A stretch of DNA of 64,000 nucleotides, taken from positions 1-64,000 of the IMG/VR virus record IMGVR_UViG_3300042698_000029; one strand, written 5' to 3'. The position numbers and the translations under genes were made by a program. Shown here in pieces: positions 35,095 through 44,097 of this stretch (positions are counted from its first letter, which is position 1; every line of letters begins with the position of its first letter). The notes beneath the pieces were generated by a model that worked only from the letters and a program-made list of their open reading frames with translations, searched no databases and was not told the origin of the DNA. The stretch is from a virus.

Positions 35095-35319
35095 ATGATG
35101 ACGGTGCATGTGCGGGTGCTGGGTGGCCCGTTCTTCGACTTGATGTTCTGGCCCGGAGACACGGTGGGCGATCTGCGGCGGATGATGGAGGAGGCAACCG
35201 GTATGCCGATGGAGGCTCACCGGCTGTCGTTCCAGAGCAGGCAGCTCGATGACGACACGCGGCTGCTGGTGTCTTACGGCGTGACGGAGGCTTCGCTGGT
35301 GGTGGCCGTGCTGTATTGA
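35095..35319 (+). CDS. ubiquitin-like protein (eukaryotic ubiquitin-type beta-grasp)
   Basis: Manual alignment to ubiquitin: 22 of 72 identical with one insertion; GGAGG RBS. Confidence 0.85.
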   Translation: MMTVHVRVLGGPFFDLMFWPGDTVGDLRRMMEEATGMPMEAHRLSFQSRQLDDDTRLLVSYGVTEASLVVAVLY

Positions 35320-35378
35320 GCGCGTGCCGCGCATGTCTGGTGTGCCCCGATTGACCGGGATGTGGTCTCTTGGGGTAC

Positions 35379-37781
35379 ATGACCGATTGGGAACTGGGGA
35401 TCGCGGCGGGTGTGGCCGCGCACATGCGGCAGGTGGAGCAGCGCGCGGTATGGGCCGAGGATCCGGTTCGCTGGGCGAAGGACGTGCTCGGAGTCCACCT
35501 GTGGTCCAAGCAGGCGGAGATCGCCCGCTCGGTGGTGGAGAACAAGAAGACCGTGGTGGCTTCGTGCCACGGCACCGGCAAGGCCCTGGATCCCGCGACC
35601 CCCCTGCCGGTGCCGGGCGGGGGTTTCAAGGCCATCGGAGACGTCGGCGTGGGGGACGTCGTATGCGGGTCGAACGGCATGCCGGTCACGGTCACAGCGG
35701 TCACGGGCGTCCATGTGGCGGACCGGTGGCGGCTGACGTTCGTCTCCCCGGCCGGGGCCTCGCGCATCGTGGCGTCGGGGGACCACGTGTGGCCGGTCCT
35801 GGACGGGCAGGACCAGGCGAGGATCGCGGTGGAGTGCGAGCGCCGGGGCATCGCGGGCAACGACTTCTCCGCGTGGCAGCACCGGGCCCGAAACGTCAGC
35901 ACTCGCGAGCTCATCCGGATGCTGAAGGGCGGTCAGATGCCCTTGGTCCCGGGAGAGGACACCTTTACCGGCAGGGTGAGGCCGCTCGATTTCTCAGGAG
36001 CCCCCGCTCTGCTGGACATGGTGCGGGAGCGGGGCGTGTGCGACCGGACGGGGATGTGGTCGCTGCTGTGGATGACGACCCCCTCGTCCGGGATCGCCCC
36101 GGATCCGCACGACGAGGTGCGCCGGGCCCTGACCGCTGCCGGGGTCAAGACGATCGCCTCCTGCAAGCGGGACACCACGGCGAAGTACTGGACGCTCTCG
36201 GCGATGGGGGATCCCCGGCTGCTGCCTGTTCTGCCGTCCCTGGACGACCGGGCCCTGGCGCGGCTGAGGTTCATGGCCCAGTCGGGGAAGAAGACGGCCC
36301 CGGACTATGGCGGGTGGAGGCTCACGGAGGCCTTGCAGCTGGAGGAGGGGGATGTCTGCTGCATCGAGGTGGACGCCCCGGACCGGCTGTACCTGGCGGG
36401 CAGGGAGCGGGTGCCGACCCACAACTCCATGATCGCTTCGGTGCTGACGTGCTGGTGGGTGGCGACCCGGCCCAGGAACGACGTGATCGCGGTCAGTACG
36501 GCTCCGACCTACGCCCAGGTCAACAAGATCATCTGGGAGGAGATCCGCAAGCACCACGCTACCGCGAAGACACGCGGGACTCCCCTGCCCGGCCGGGTGA
36601 CGCAGTCGGACGAGTGGAAGGACGACGACGGGCGCGTGCTGGGCTTCGGCCGCAAGCCCATGTCGGGGGACCGGCACGGCTTCCAGGGTATCCACCGCGA
36701 GTTCGTGCTGGCCGTGATCGATGAGTCCTGCGGTGTCCCTGAAGAGGTGTGGACGGGTGTCGAGGCCATCACCACCACCGACGGCTGCCGGATCCTGGCC
36801 ATCGGAAACCCCGACGACCGCAACACCGAGTTCGGCCGGGTGTTCCTCCGCCCGGAGCTGGCGGCCGACTGGAACCGCATCAAGGTGCCAGCGTCCTCGA
36901 CCCCCAATTTCACGGGCGAGAAGGTACCGAGCCTGCTGCGACGTGTGCTGGTGTCCCCGCAGTGGTGCGAAGAGCGGCGCCGCGACTGGGGTGAGAAGGA
37001 CGCCCGCTACATCGCCAAGGTGACAGCCGAGTTCCCCGCCACGAGTCAGTCGTCGCTGATCGGCCCTCACCTGATCGAAAGCGCCTTCGAGGATGTGCCC
37101 GCGCAGGAGCGCCGCAACGTGCTGAGGATCGGAGTCGACGTCGCGCGCTTCGGACCGGACTCCACGATCGTAGTCTCCTACTGCGGCCGGACGGCCCGGG
37201 TCGAAGACGCCTGGCACGGCACGGACACGACGTCATCGGCCTACCGGGTGCTGCGGATCGCCGAGGAGTGCAGGGAACGCCTGGACGCCCAGTGGACGGA
37301 GATCCGGGTGGACGCCGTAGGCCTCGGCGCCGGTGTGGTCGATACCCTCAACGCGCGCTCGGTCCTGCTGAAGGAGCCGTGGTTCACCGTGTACGAGATG
37401 CACGGCAGTGCAGCCCCTCCGGCGGACCTGGGCGGCTCGGTGCACGGCTACGGCAACGCACGTGCGTACTGGTACGACCAGCTGCGGCAGAACATCGGCA
37501 ACCAGACGGTGAAGGTCGAGGAGAACCAGACCATCAAGGACGATCTGGCGATCGTCTACTACGTGATGAAGAACGGCCGCATGTTCATCATCTCCAAGGA
37601 GGAGATGCGGACCAAGCACGGCCGCAGCCCCGACTACTCCGACGCCCTGGTCTACGCGACAGCGCCGGTGTTCGGCGGTATGGCCACCGGATCGCTGGTC
37701 TCGGAGGACGCGGCCGACCTGGCCGAGGAGCCCGAGGACGCCCATGACTTCAAGCGTGACCTCTCTATCTCCCCCTACTGA
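35379..37781 (+). CDS. terL: terminase large subunit with intein
   Basis: Walker A SCHGTGK/S split by intein; Walker B VIDE; IGNP; RuvC-like GVDVARFG and SPDYSDA. Confidence 0.95.
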   Translation: MTDWELGIAAGVAAHMRQVEQRAVWAEDPVRWAKDVLGVHLWSKQAEIARSVVENKKTVVASCHGTGKALDPATPLPVPGGGFKAIGDVGVGDVVCGSNGMPVTVTAVTGVHVADRWRLTFVSPAGASRIVASGDHVWPVLDGQDQARIAVECERRGIAGNDFSAWQHRARNVSTRELIRMLKGGQMPLVPGEDTFTGRVRPLDFSGAPALLDMVRERGVCDRTGMWSLLWMTTPSSGIAPDPHDEVRRALTAAGVKTIASCKRDTTAKYWTLSAMGDPRLLPVLPSLDDRALARLRFMAQSGKKTAPDYGGWRLTEALQLEEGDVCCIEVDAPDRLYLAGRERVPTHNSMIASVLTCWWVATRPRNDVIAVSTAPTYAQVNKIIWEEIRKHHATAKTRGTPLPGRVTQSDEWKDDDGRVLGFGRKPMSGDRHGFQGIHREFVLAVIDESCGVPEEVWTGVEAITTTDGCRILAIGNPDDRNTEFGRVFLRPELAADWNRIKVPASSTPNFTGEKVPSLLRRVLVSPQWCEERRRDWGEKDARYIAKVTAEFPATSQSSLIGPHLIESAFEDVPAQERRNVLRIGVDVARFGPDSTIVVSYCGRTARVEDAWHGTDTTSSAYRVLRIAEECRERLDAQWTEIRVDAVGLGAGVVDTLNARSVLLKEPWFTVYEMHGSAAPPADLGGSVHGYGNARAYWYDQLRQNIGNQTVKVEENQTIKDDLAIVYYVMKNGRMFIISKEEMRTKHGRSPDYSDALVYATAPVFGGMATGSLVSEDAADLAEEPEDAHDFKRDLSISPY
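35583..36425 (+). mobile_element. Class 3 intein (281 aa)
   Basis: Starts ALDPATP, ends PTHN/S; W in DHVW, C in VCCIEV and T in PTHN form the WCT triad. Confidence 0.9.
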
Positions 37782-37830
37782 CCGTTCATGTCCCACCTGT
37801 ACGGGTATGACCCTAAGTAGACTGAATGGC

Positions 37831-38001
37831 ATGACTCGTACCGAAGACAGCAGTACGTCCGGAACGCTGTACGAGGCCCTCGCCGGGCTCCGCGACAGGG
37901 TGGACGAACTGGAGCGCGCACTGGCTTCCCTGCGCCGTCAGCGGCCCCGCAACGGCGACGGGACGTGGATCCACCCACTGAGCGGGCCCCTGCGGGCCTG
38001 A
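37831..38001 (+). CDS. small coiled-coil protein
   Basis: ATG 7 nt after TAGACT. Confidence 0.55.
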   Translation: MTRTEDSSTSGTLYEALAGLRDRVDELERALASLRRQRPRNGDGTWIHPLSGPLRA

Positions 38002-38023
38002 CTCGCGAAGAGAAGAGCACCAC

Positions 38024-38290
38024 ATGGAAAACTCCGGGTTCTGGCAGCGCACGCTCGACTGTGCGCTTCTGCTGTTCATCCTCGGCGTCATCGGTCTGAA
38101 GGTCGCCGACATCGTCAAGGTCATCTGTGTCGACTGGGGGCAGATCTTCACGGTCGCCGGGATCCTGGCCTTCATCGCGGTGCTGATCTGCGCAGTGCGC
38201 AACGCCTTCGCGGACGACGAGGACGAGATGCCGACTCTCCGCGACCACTCCGCATCGTCTCCGAAGACCGGGAAGGGCGGCGGCAAGTAG
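38024..38290 (+). CDS. 2-TM membrane protein (holin-like?)
   Basis: Two hydrophobic helices, charged C-terminal tail. Confidence 0.6.
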   Translation: MENSGFWQRTLDCALLLFILGVIGLKVADIVKVICVDWGQIFTVAGILAFIAVLICAVRNAFADDEDEMPTLRDHSASSPKTGKGGGK

Positions 38291-38634
38291 TGTTCCCCGA
38301 CACTCAGTCGGTGACGGTCGTCGGGTCCTACACCGGGCCCGACGGCCTGCCGCTGTCCGGCTTCGTCTACTACAGCGCCACTCAGGACCGTGTGCTGTCG
38401 GGCGATCCGGGCGTCCTGGTCCGCTGCGAGGGCCGCATGGAACTCTCGGAGACCGGTGAGGTCCGGGGCAAGTGGCTCAACCCCCACGCCTCCGGAGTCA
38501 GTCCGGGCGGCTGGGACTACAAGGTGATCGAGGCCTTCCACGGGTGCGACACCAGCCGGTACACGGTGTCGATCCCGGAGGACGCGTCCCCTACGGAGGA
38601 GCTCGACATCAACCTGCTGCCCAGGGTTGTGTAA
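38290..38634 (+). CDS. hypothetical virion-associated beta-rich protein
   Basis: TVVGSYTGPDGLPLSGFV...PGGWDYKVIE pattern; coupled to upstream stop. Confidence 0.65.
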   Translation: MFPDTQSVTVVGSYTGPDGLPLSGFVYYSATQDRVLSGDPGVLVRCEGRMELSETGEVRGKWLNPHASGVSPGGWDYKVIEAFHGCDTSRYTVSIPEDASPTEELDINLLPRVV

Positions 38635-38709
38635 ACCGCCTGAAAAGACACGTTGTGTCCTCTGCCTTCCGATTTACGCTGACAGGGAGGAACGGGGAGG
38701 GAGACCGCC

Positions 38710-38961
38710 ATGCCGGAGGACTACGTGTCGGGCCGTGACGTCTTCAGCCTGGTGATGTCGATCGACACGAAGGTGACCACCCTCCTTGCCGACGCTGAAC
38801 ACCTGGAACGCCGCGCGGAGGAGGACCGGGAGGCAATGGAGAAGTTCGCCGCCGAACTGGACACCCTCAAGAGCCGCTTTTACCTGCTGATGGTGGCCAC
38901 GGTGCTGGTCTCGGCGGGCATTGCGAAGTGGAGCGATCTGCTGGGGTTGTTCGCGAAATAG
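38710..38961 (+). CDS. coiled-coil protein with C-terminal TM (XhlA-like architecture)
   Basis: GGAG RBS; C-terminal hydrophobic helix. Confidence 0.65.
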   Translation: MPEDYVSGRDVFSLVMSIDTKVTTLLADAEHLERRAEEDREAMEKFAAELDTLKSRFYLLMVATVLVSAGIAKWSDLLGLFAK

Positions 38962-39009
38962 GGTTGTGTCCGTATTGGACGGGGTTTGCAGGGGATTAAC
39001 CTGTATGGC

Positions 39010-40704
39010 ATGACACAGGTACCCGGGGACACCACCGCGCAGACCCTGCGGGCCATCGAGGAGATGGATGCCGAGCAGGCGTCCGCCCTCATCGAGACGC
39101 TGTCGCTCAGGAACGAGACGCTGCTCACTCAGCTCCAGGAAGCCGGGGAGTTCGGCACCGCGCAGCTCGCCCTGGAGGACATGGGCTGGCGCCCCCTGCT
39201 CGGGGTCTCCGACGGAGCCAACTGCTTCACCCTGCGCAACCTCCACGACATCAGCGAGCTGTGCCGGGCCGTGGCGACCATCAACCCCCTGGTCGGCCGG
39301 GGCCTGGAGGTCCGGGCCGGGTACGTGTGGGGGCCCAGCGTGAAGATCGTGGCGGAGGAATTCCTGCCGAAGCCCGGCCGCCCCCGGACCGTGAACACCA
39401 CCCCTCGGCTGCCGGACGGGCTGGAGGACGTGCTGACCGGCGCACAGGCACAGTGGGAGATCGACCAGAGTGCCGCGTGCGACGGCAACCTGTTCTTCCT
39501 GATCGACCGCAAGAACCAGACGGTGCAGCGGATTCCGCTGGAGAACATCACCGACGGCGTCAGCCAGCGGGGCAACCGCGAGCGGCTCATGTACATCCGG
39601 CGTACCTGGGACGACTACGACCTGGAGCAGATCCCCATCAGGGTGGACCGGCTGCCCATCACCAAGCCGGGCCCGGACCGCCGGGGCCTGGGGATGACCT
39701 GGGACCAGGCCAGCTCGCCGCAGAACGTGGTGTCGAGTGCCTATCGCACCACGTGGTATCCGACGCAGTACGTGACCGGCTCGGTCCGCTCCTCCATCAA
39801 CGGCGAAGAGGTGGACCGCAGCAAGGTCATGATTCACGCCGCGTTCAACCGGAAGATCGGGTGGCGCTGGGGGGTGCCCGATGTCCTTCCGGCGGTGTGG
39901 TGGACGAAGGCGTACAAGGAGTTCCTGGAGAACTCGGCCATCCTGACCAAGGCGTACGCCCGGTTCGCGTGGAAGATCACCAATGACAAGTCCCGCAACG
40001 TCAAGCGGACGGCCGCCGCCCTTGCGGCCACTCCCCAGCGGGATCCGGCCACCGGTGTCCCCATGCAGGTCGGTGCTTCCGCCGTGCTGGGAGCGGGACA
40101 GGACCTCTCCGCCATTCAGCGCAACACCAGCGTGGACTTCGATGCGGGGCGCCCGCTCGCCGCGATGATCGCCGCTTCTCTGGGCGTGCCGCTTCCAGCG
40201 CTGACGTGTGACCCCACGACCGGCACCCGCTCCGCGACGCAGACCTTGGACACGTCCACGGTGCTGGTCATGAAGGCCCGGCAGAAGACCATGGACGAGA
40301 TCCTCAAGACCGTCTTCAAGGCGCTGGGGCTCAAGGTCAAACTCCGGTGGCCGGAGATCAACGACGAGCCGGTCCACCGACGGGTGCAGGCCATCGACAT
40401 GTCCGCGCGTCTGGGTGTTCTGAGGGCCTCCGAGACGCGGGCCATGGTCATCGACGCCTGGGGCGACAAGTGGGACGACTTCACCCTTGAACCGCCGACC
40501 CTCAACGAGCTGCCGTGGGCCATCCGGCCCAAGCCGGTCGTCGCACCGGCGCGTACACCCGGCAGCCGGACCCAGCGCGCGGTGGCCGGGGCTGCGGGGA
40601 ACACCGGCACGGGCAGTGATGCGCCGCGTCAGCCGGACCCGATGAGCAGGGGCGACCACGAACTCAGGGACGAAGGAACTCAGGAGCACACGCGAGAAGC
40701 CTGA
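39010..40704 (+). CDS. portal protein
   Basis: Position and size; DGNLFF and RWGVPD motifs; ATG 7 nt after TAACCT. Confidence 0.85.
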   Translation: MTQVPGDTTAQTLRAIEEMDAEQASALIETLSLRNETLLTQLQEAGEFGTAQLALEDMGWRPLLGVSDGANCFTLRNLHDISELCRAVATINPLVGRGLEVRAGYVWGPSVKIVAEEFLPKPGRPRTVNTTPRLPDGLEDVLTGAQAQWEIDQSAACDGNLFFLIDRKNQTVQRIPLENITDGVSQRGNRERLMYIRRTWDDYDLEQIPIRVDRLPITKPGPDRRGLGMTWDQASSPQNVVSSAYRTTWYPTQYVTGSVRSSINGEEVDRSKVMIHAAFNRKIGWRWGVPDVLPAVWWTKAYKEFLENSAILTKAYARFAWKITNDKSRNVKRTAAALAATPQRDPATGVPMQVGASAVLGAGQDLSAIQRNTSVDFDAGRPLAAMIAASLGVPLPALTCDPTTGTRSATQTLDTSTVLVMKARQKTMDEILKTVFKALGLKVKLRWPEINDEPVHRRVQAIDMSARLGVLRASETRAMVIDAWGDKWDDFTLEPPTLNELPWAIRPKPVVAPARTPGSRTQRAVAGAAGNTGTGSDAPRQPDPMSRGDHELRDEGTQEHTREA

Positions 40705-40789
40705 GAAACACCTTGTATCCCTTGTGTCCGAATAGCCCCGGATTCAGGCTATGGTAGGGATTGATCGAATCATCTCGTAAAGGTGCGAT

Positions 40790-41866
40790 GTGTCCACGAC
40801 TGTCCTTACTGAATCGGCGTCCTTGGCCGAAGCGGGTTCCAAGGGCATCTGGCGTTCGCGGATCATCGCTGCCGATGTCCAGGGGAGCTCCGGCTACTAC
40901 CCGGCGGGCGTGCTACGCCGGGACGGCTCCACGGCCTTTCCCTCCGGAACTCACGTCTACCTGGACCACCCCTCCTCTTCCGAAGAGCAGGACCGGCCGG
41001 AGCGCAGCGTGCGCGACCTCGCCGGATACCTGGTCGAGGACGCGAACTTCGAGGACGGCCCCGACGGGTCCGGCCTGTTCGCCCGGGTGCAGTTCCTTCC
41101 TCACGTGAGGGAGCTCATCCGGTCCATCGCCGGTCACGTCGGCCTGTCCATCAGGGCGGCCGGAGAGATCGATGAAACCCCAACCGGTCGTGTCGTCCAG
41201 AGCATCAAGCACGGGCTCAGTGTCGACGTCGTCACCCGCGCAGGAGCGGGAGGAAGGCTCATCACCATGACTGAGTCGACCAAGCCGGACTCCCCTCCGG
41301 CCGAGCAGGGCGCAACCACGCCCCTGGCGGAGGGAGCTGCGATTCCCTCCACGCTGGGCGGTGGTTCCCTGCTCAGTGAAGTCGCCGCGATGCGCGAGTC
41401 CTTCACGGACCGCATCGAGCAGCTCTCCATCGAGGTCGCCCGCATGGGCCACCAGCTGAAGGAGAGCCAGCAGAAGGCCGCGCAGCGCGAGGCCGAGGCG
41501 AAGGCCGCGTCCGAGGCCCTGACGTTCCTCAAGGAGCGCCAGCAGGCCGCAGACGCACTCACCGCAGAGACCAAGCAGGTCGGCCAGGTGGTCGGCACGC
41601 TGATGGAGGCAAAGCTGCCTCTGCCGTCCCTGGTGCGCCTCGCCCAGAGCTACGTGCCGGGCCAGGACCTCCACGCTGCGATCCAGCAGGAGAAGGACTA
41701 CCTGAAGAAGGTCATCCGCGAGTCCGAGCGAGGCGAACTCAGCCGCTCCGAGGGCTCCGGTCTCGGTCTCGTCGAGTCCATGGGCGGTGGCAACTCCGAC
41801 ACGTTCGGCGGCGGCTCCGACCAGGACTACGCCGACCTGGAGAACGTGCTGGGAGGGCGGTTCTGA
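40790..41866 (+). CDS. capsid maturation protease / scaffold fusion
   Basis: GSSGYYP, YLDHP, VGLSI, SVDVVTRAGAGG; coiled-coil C-terminus. Confidence 0.85.
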   Translation: MSTTVLTESASLAEAGSKGIWRSRIIAADVQGSSGYYPAGVLRRDGSTAFPSGTHVYLDHPSSSEEQDRPERSVRDLAGYLVEDANFEDGPDGSGLFARVQFLPHVRELIRSIAGHVGLSIRAAGEIDETPTGRVVQSIKHGLSVDVVTRAGAGGRLITMTESTKPDSPPAEQGATTPLAEGAAIPSTLGGGSLLSEVAAMRESFTDRIEQLSIEVARMGHQLKESQQKAAQREAEAKAASEALTFLKERQQAADALTAETKQVGQVVGTLMEAKLPLPSLVRLAQSYVPGQDLHAAIQQEKDYLKKVIRESERGELSRSEGSGLGLVESMGGGNSDTFGGGSDQDYADLENVLGGRF

Positions 41867-42342
41867 TGGCTACCAACGAAATCTACAAGTACGGCCAGTG
41901 GCTGAGCCTGCCGCTTCCGTTCAAGGGTCTCGACCCGAACGTCAACGCGGACCCGACGCGCAACGGCGACCCGGTCTACATCGGCGGTCTCGTCGGTGTG
42001 GCGCAGGAAGTGGGTGGAGTCTCCTCCACCTACACCATCGGGTCGACCACCATCACCCAGACCTACAACCCGGCCAACCACCTGGAGCCCGGCTGGGCTT
42101 CGGTGGCGCTGTGCGGCGCCTGGGCTTTTTCGGCGGACCAGCAGTCTACGGCGATTCCGCAGTCCACCCCGATCGGCACGATGATCGGCATCACCGCAGG
42201 TGACGCGTCCACCCCGGCGCAGATCCAGGTCGGCGGCGCCAAGGTGTTCGGCTGCCTCGTCGGCTGGACCAAGGACGCCGTCCGCCGCCCCATCGTCAAC
42301 ATCATCCAGACCGGCACTCCGGCCGGTCCGGTCGGATCCTGA
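41866..42342 (+). CDS. head decoration / capsid cement protein
   Basis: MATN...GDPVYIGGLVGVA; lies between protease and capsid. Confidence 0.7.
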   Translation: MATNEIYKYGQWLSLPLPFKGLDPNVNADPTRNGDPVYIGGLVGVAQEVGGVSSTYTIGSTTITQTYNPANHLEPGWASVALCGAWAFSADQQSTAIPQSTPIGTMIGITAGDASTPAQIQVGGAKVFGCLVGWTKDAVRRPIVNIIQTGTPAGPVGS

Positions 42343-42356
42343 AAGGAGGGTGAACG

Positions 42357-43772
42357 ATGGAAACTACTCTTCCCCGCCTGCGGGCCGTGCTCGACGGCGT
42401 TGACCGCACGGACGACTACGAACTGCTGCGGATCGCCGAGAACCACAAGGCACGCCGTGCAGCGATCAAGCAGGCCGCGTACAAGCAGCTCATGGGCATG
42501 CGCAAGCCCACGGAGTTCCTCCAGCTGGTGCGTGAGGCTTCCGACGGCCGCCCTCTGGCCATCGGCAAGCTGCGCGAGGCCGTCTCCTCGGGCGACTTCC
42601 CGCTGCTGTTCCAGAGCATCAGCCAGGCCTCGATGCTCGGCCAGTGGTCCGACCTGCCCCAGCAGTGGCCCGCGTTCTCGCAGCGCACCACCGTCCCTGA
42701 CTTCCGGCCCGCCCGTCTGGTCCGCTGGGACTCCACCCTGGAGCAGCTGCCCGACTCCAACGGCGGCGCAGAGCGTCACGTCCGTGCGCTTCCGCGAATC
42801 CCGGAGCTCACGGAGTACCCGACCTTCAACCTCACCACTGAGGGTCAGGACTACTTCGTCAACAAGTACGGTGCGCGCTTCCCGTTCTCGTGGGAAGCGT
42901 TCCTGAACGACGAGCTCAACGTCCTTCAGCAGCTGCCCGCGCAGATGGCGAAGTGGGCGCGCGACACCGAGGACGTCCTGACCACGGGTGTCCTCGCCAC
43001 GTCGACCGGCCCGAACCCGGACTTCTTCAAGTCGCCCACCGACCCGGGCGCCTGGAACTTCGGCAGCCAGGTCCCGCTGGGCAACTACGTCTCGTGGTAC
43101 ACCGGCGGCGGCAACCAGGTCGTGAACCCGCCGCTGACGCTGGACAACCTGGAGCGGGCGATCCAGTCCATCTCCATGCGCACGATGAACGGCCGCACCG
43201 TCCGGGTGCCGCAGTTCGCGCTCATCGTGCCGCCGTCGCTGTCCCTGACCGCCAACGAGATCGCCCAGGCGACCACGTACATGCGCGTCACCACGGACGG
43301 CGCGGGCAACGAGATCCGCATCAACGTCAGCTCTCCGGTCGCGGGCCGCTTCACGGTGGTCGAGTCGCAGTGGCTGCCGCAGATCGACCGTTCGGCGACG
43401 TCCGCCACCACCTGGTACCTGGTGCCCGCCGGTGGTATGACGGAACGCGGCCCGGCCATTGTGACCGCGTTCCTCCGTGGCTACGAGACCCCCGAGGTCC
43501 GTGCCATGGGAGACACCGGCCAGCGTGTCGGCGGCGGCGAGATCAGCCCCTACCAGGGCTCGTTCTCCCACGACGACATCCAGTACCGCGTCCGCACGAT
43601 CATCGGCGCGGCGGGCATCGACCCGTCGGCGGTGGCCGTGTCCAAGGGCAACGGAGTGGGCACCATCCCGGAGCCCGAGGCCCCGCTCATGGGCGGTATG
43701 AACTTCACGGCCCAGCCGATCGTGGCCACCACGGAGAACGTGGGACGCGCGAGCGGCTCCGCCAAGAAGTAG
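42357..43772 (+). CDS. major capsid protein (Mu gpT-like)
   Basis: SSGDFP, VPDFRP, KYGARF.FSWE...NDEL, LIVPPSL, FLRGYETPE; AAGGAGG RBS. Confidence 0.9.
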   Translation: METTLPRLRAVLDGVDRTDDYELLRIAENHKARRAAIKQAAYKQLMGMRKPTEFLQLVREASDGRPLAIGKLREAVSSGDFPLLFQSISQASMLGQWSDLPQQWPAFSQRTTVPDFRPARLVRWDSTLEQLPDSNGGAERHVRALPRIPELTEYPTFNLTTEGQDYFVNKYGARFPFSWEAFLNDELNVLQQLPAQMAKWARDTEDVLTTGVLATSTGPNPDFFKSPTDPGAWNFGSQVPLGNYVSWYTGGGNQVVNPPLTLDNLERAIQSISMRTMNGRTVRVPQFALIVPPSLSLTANEIAQATTYMRVTTDGAGNEIRINVSSPVAGRFTVVESQWLPQIDRSATSATTWYLVPAGGMTERGPAIVTAFLRGYETPEVRAMGDTGQRVGGGEISPYQGSFSHDDIQYRVRTIIGAAGIDPSAVAVSKGNGVGTIPEPEAPLMGGMNFTAQPIVATTENVGRASGSAKK

Positions 43773-43787
43773 CCGTCACCCATCTCC

Positions 43788-43821
43788 CGCCCGGCCCTGC
43801 TCTTCCCCTGGGGCCGGGCGG
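43788..43821 (+). terminator. Hairpin after capsid gene
   Basis: CGCCCGGCCC/GGGCCGGGCG stem. Confidence 0.5.
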
Positions 43822-43900
43822 GTGGTGTGACGGAGGTTCGTCGTTCCCTTCCGGCCGTCACACCGGGGCGGAAACCGGACACGGAGCCGGTTTCCGCCCG

Positions 43901-44072
43901 TTGAAGTTTGTAGCCTTAATGGGCTACAGTTTTTCGTGTCGGGCAGGGAAGTCTCCACCAGAGTGTGCCCTCTGGATCCTCGCCTACGTAGGAGCCCGCC
44001 TCTTCGTACTCGGGTTTCCGCCGTTTCTCCTTCACAGAAAAACCCCGCCTTCGCGATCAGGCGGGGTTTTTC
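43901..44072 (+). ncRNA. sRNA unit E (promoter, about 135 nt RNA, terminator)
   Basis: TTGAAG-N18-TACAGT; terminator AAAACCCCGCCT/AGGCGGGGTTTT; no ORF with RBS. Confidence 0.6.
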
Positions 44073-44097
44073 GCTGTTAAGGCTCGGTTTTCGCAGG

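Noticed and set aside
34985-35914. 740-aa version of the minus-strand ORF 33692-35914
   Set aside because: The N-terminal extension overlaps the Ubl and terL genes antisense; a GGAGG RBS supports the start at 34984
35900-36300. Intact homing endonuclease within the intein
   Set aside because: No recognisable LAGLIDADG motifs and the region is short; probably degenerate
35324-36724. 466-aa alternative-frame ORF over terL
   Set aside because: Arg/Gly-rich off-frame artefact
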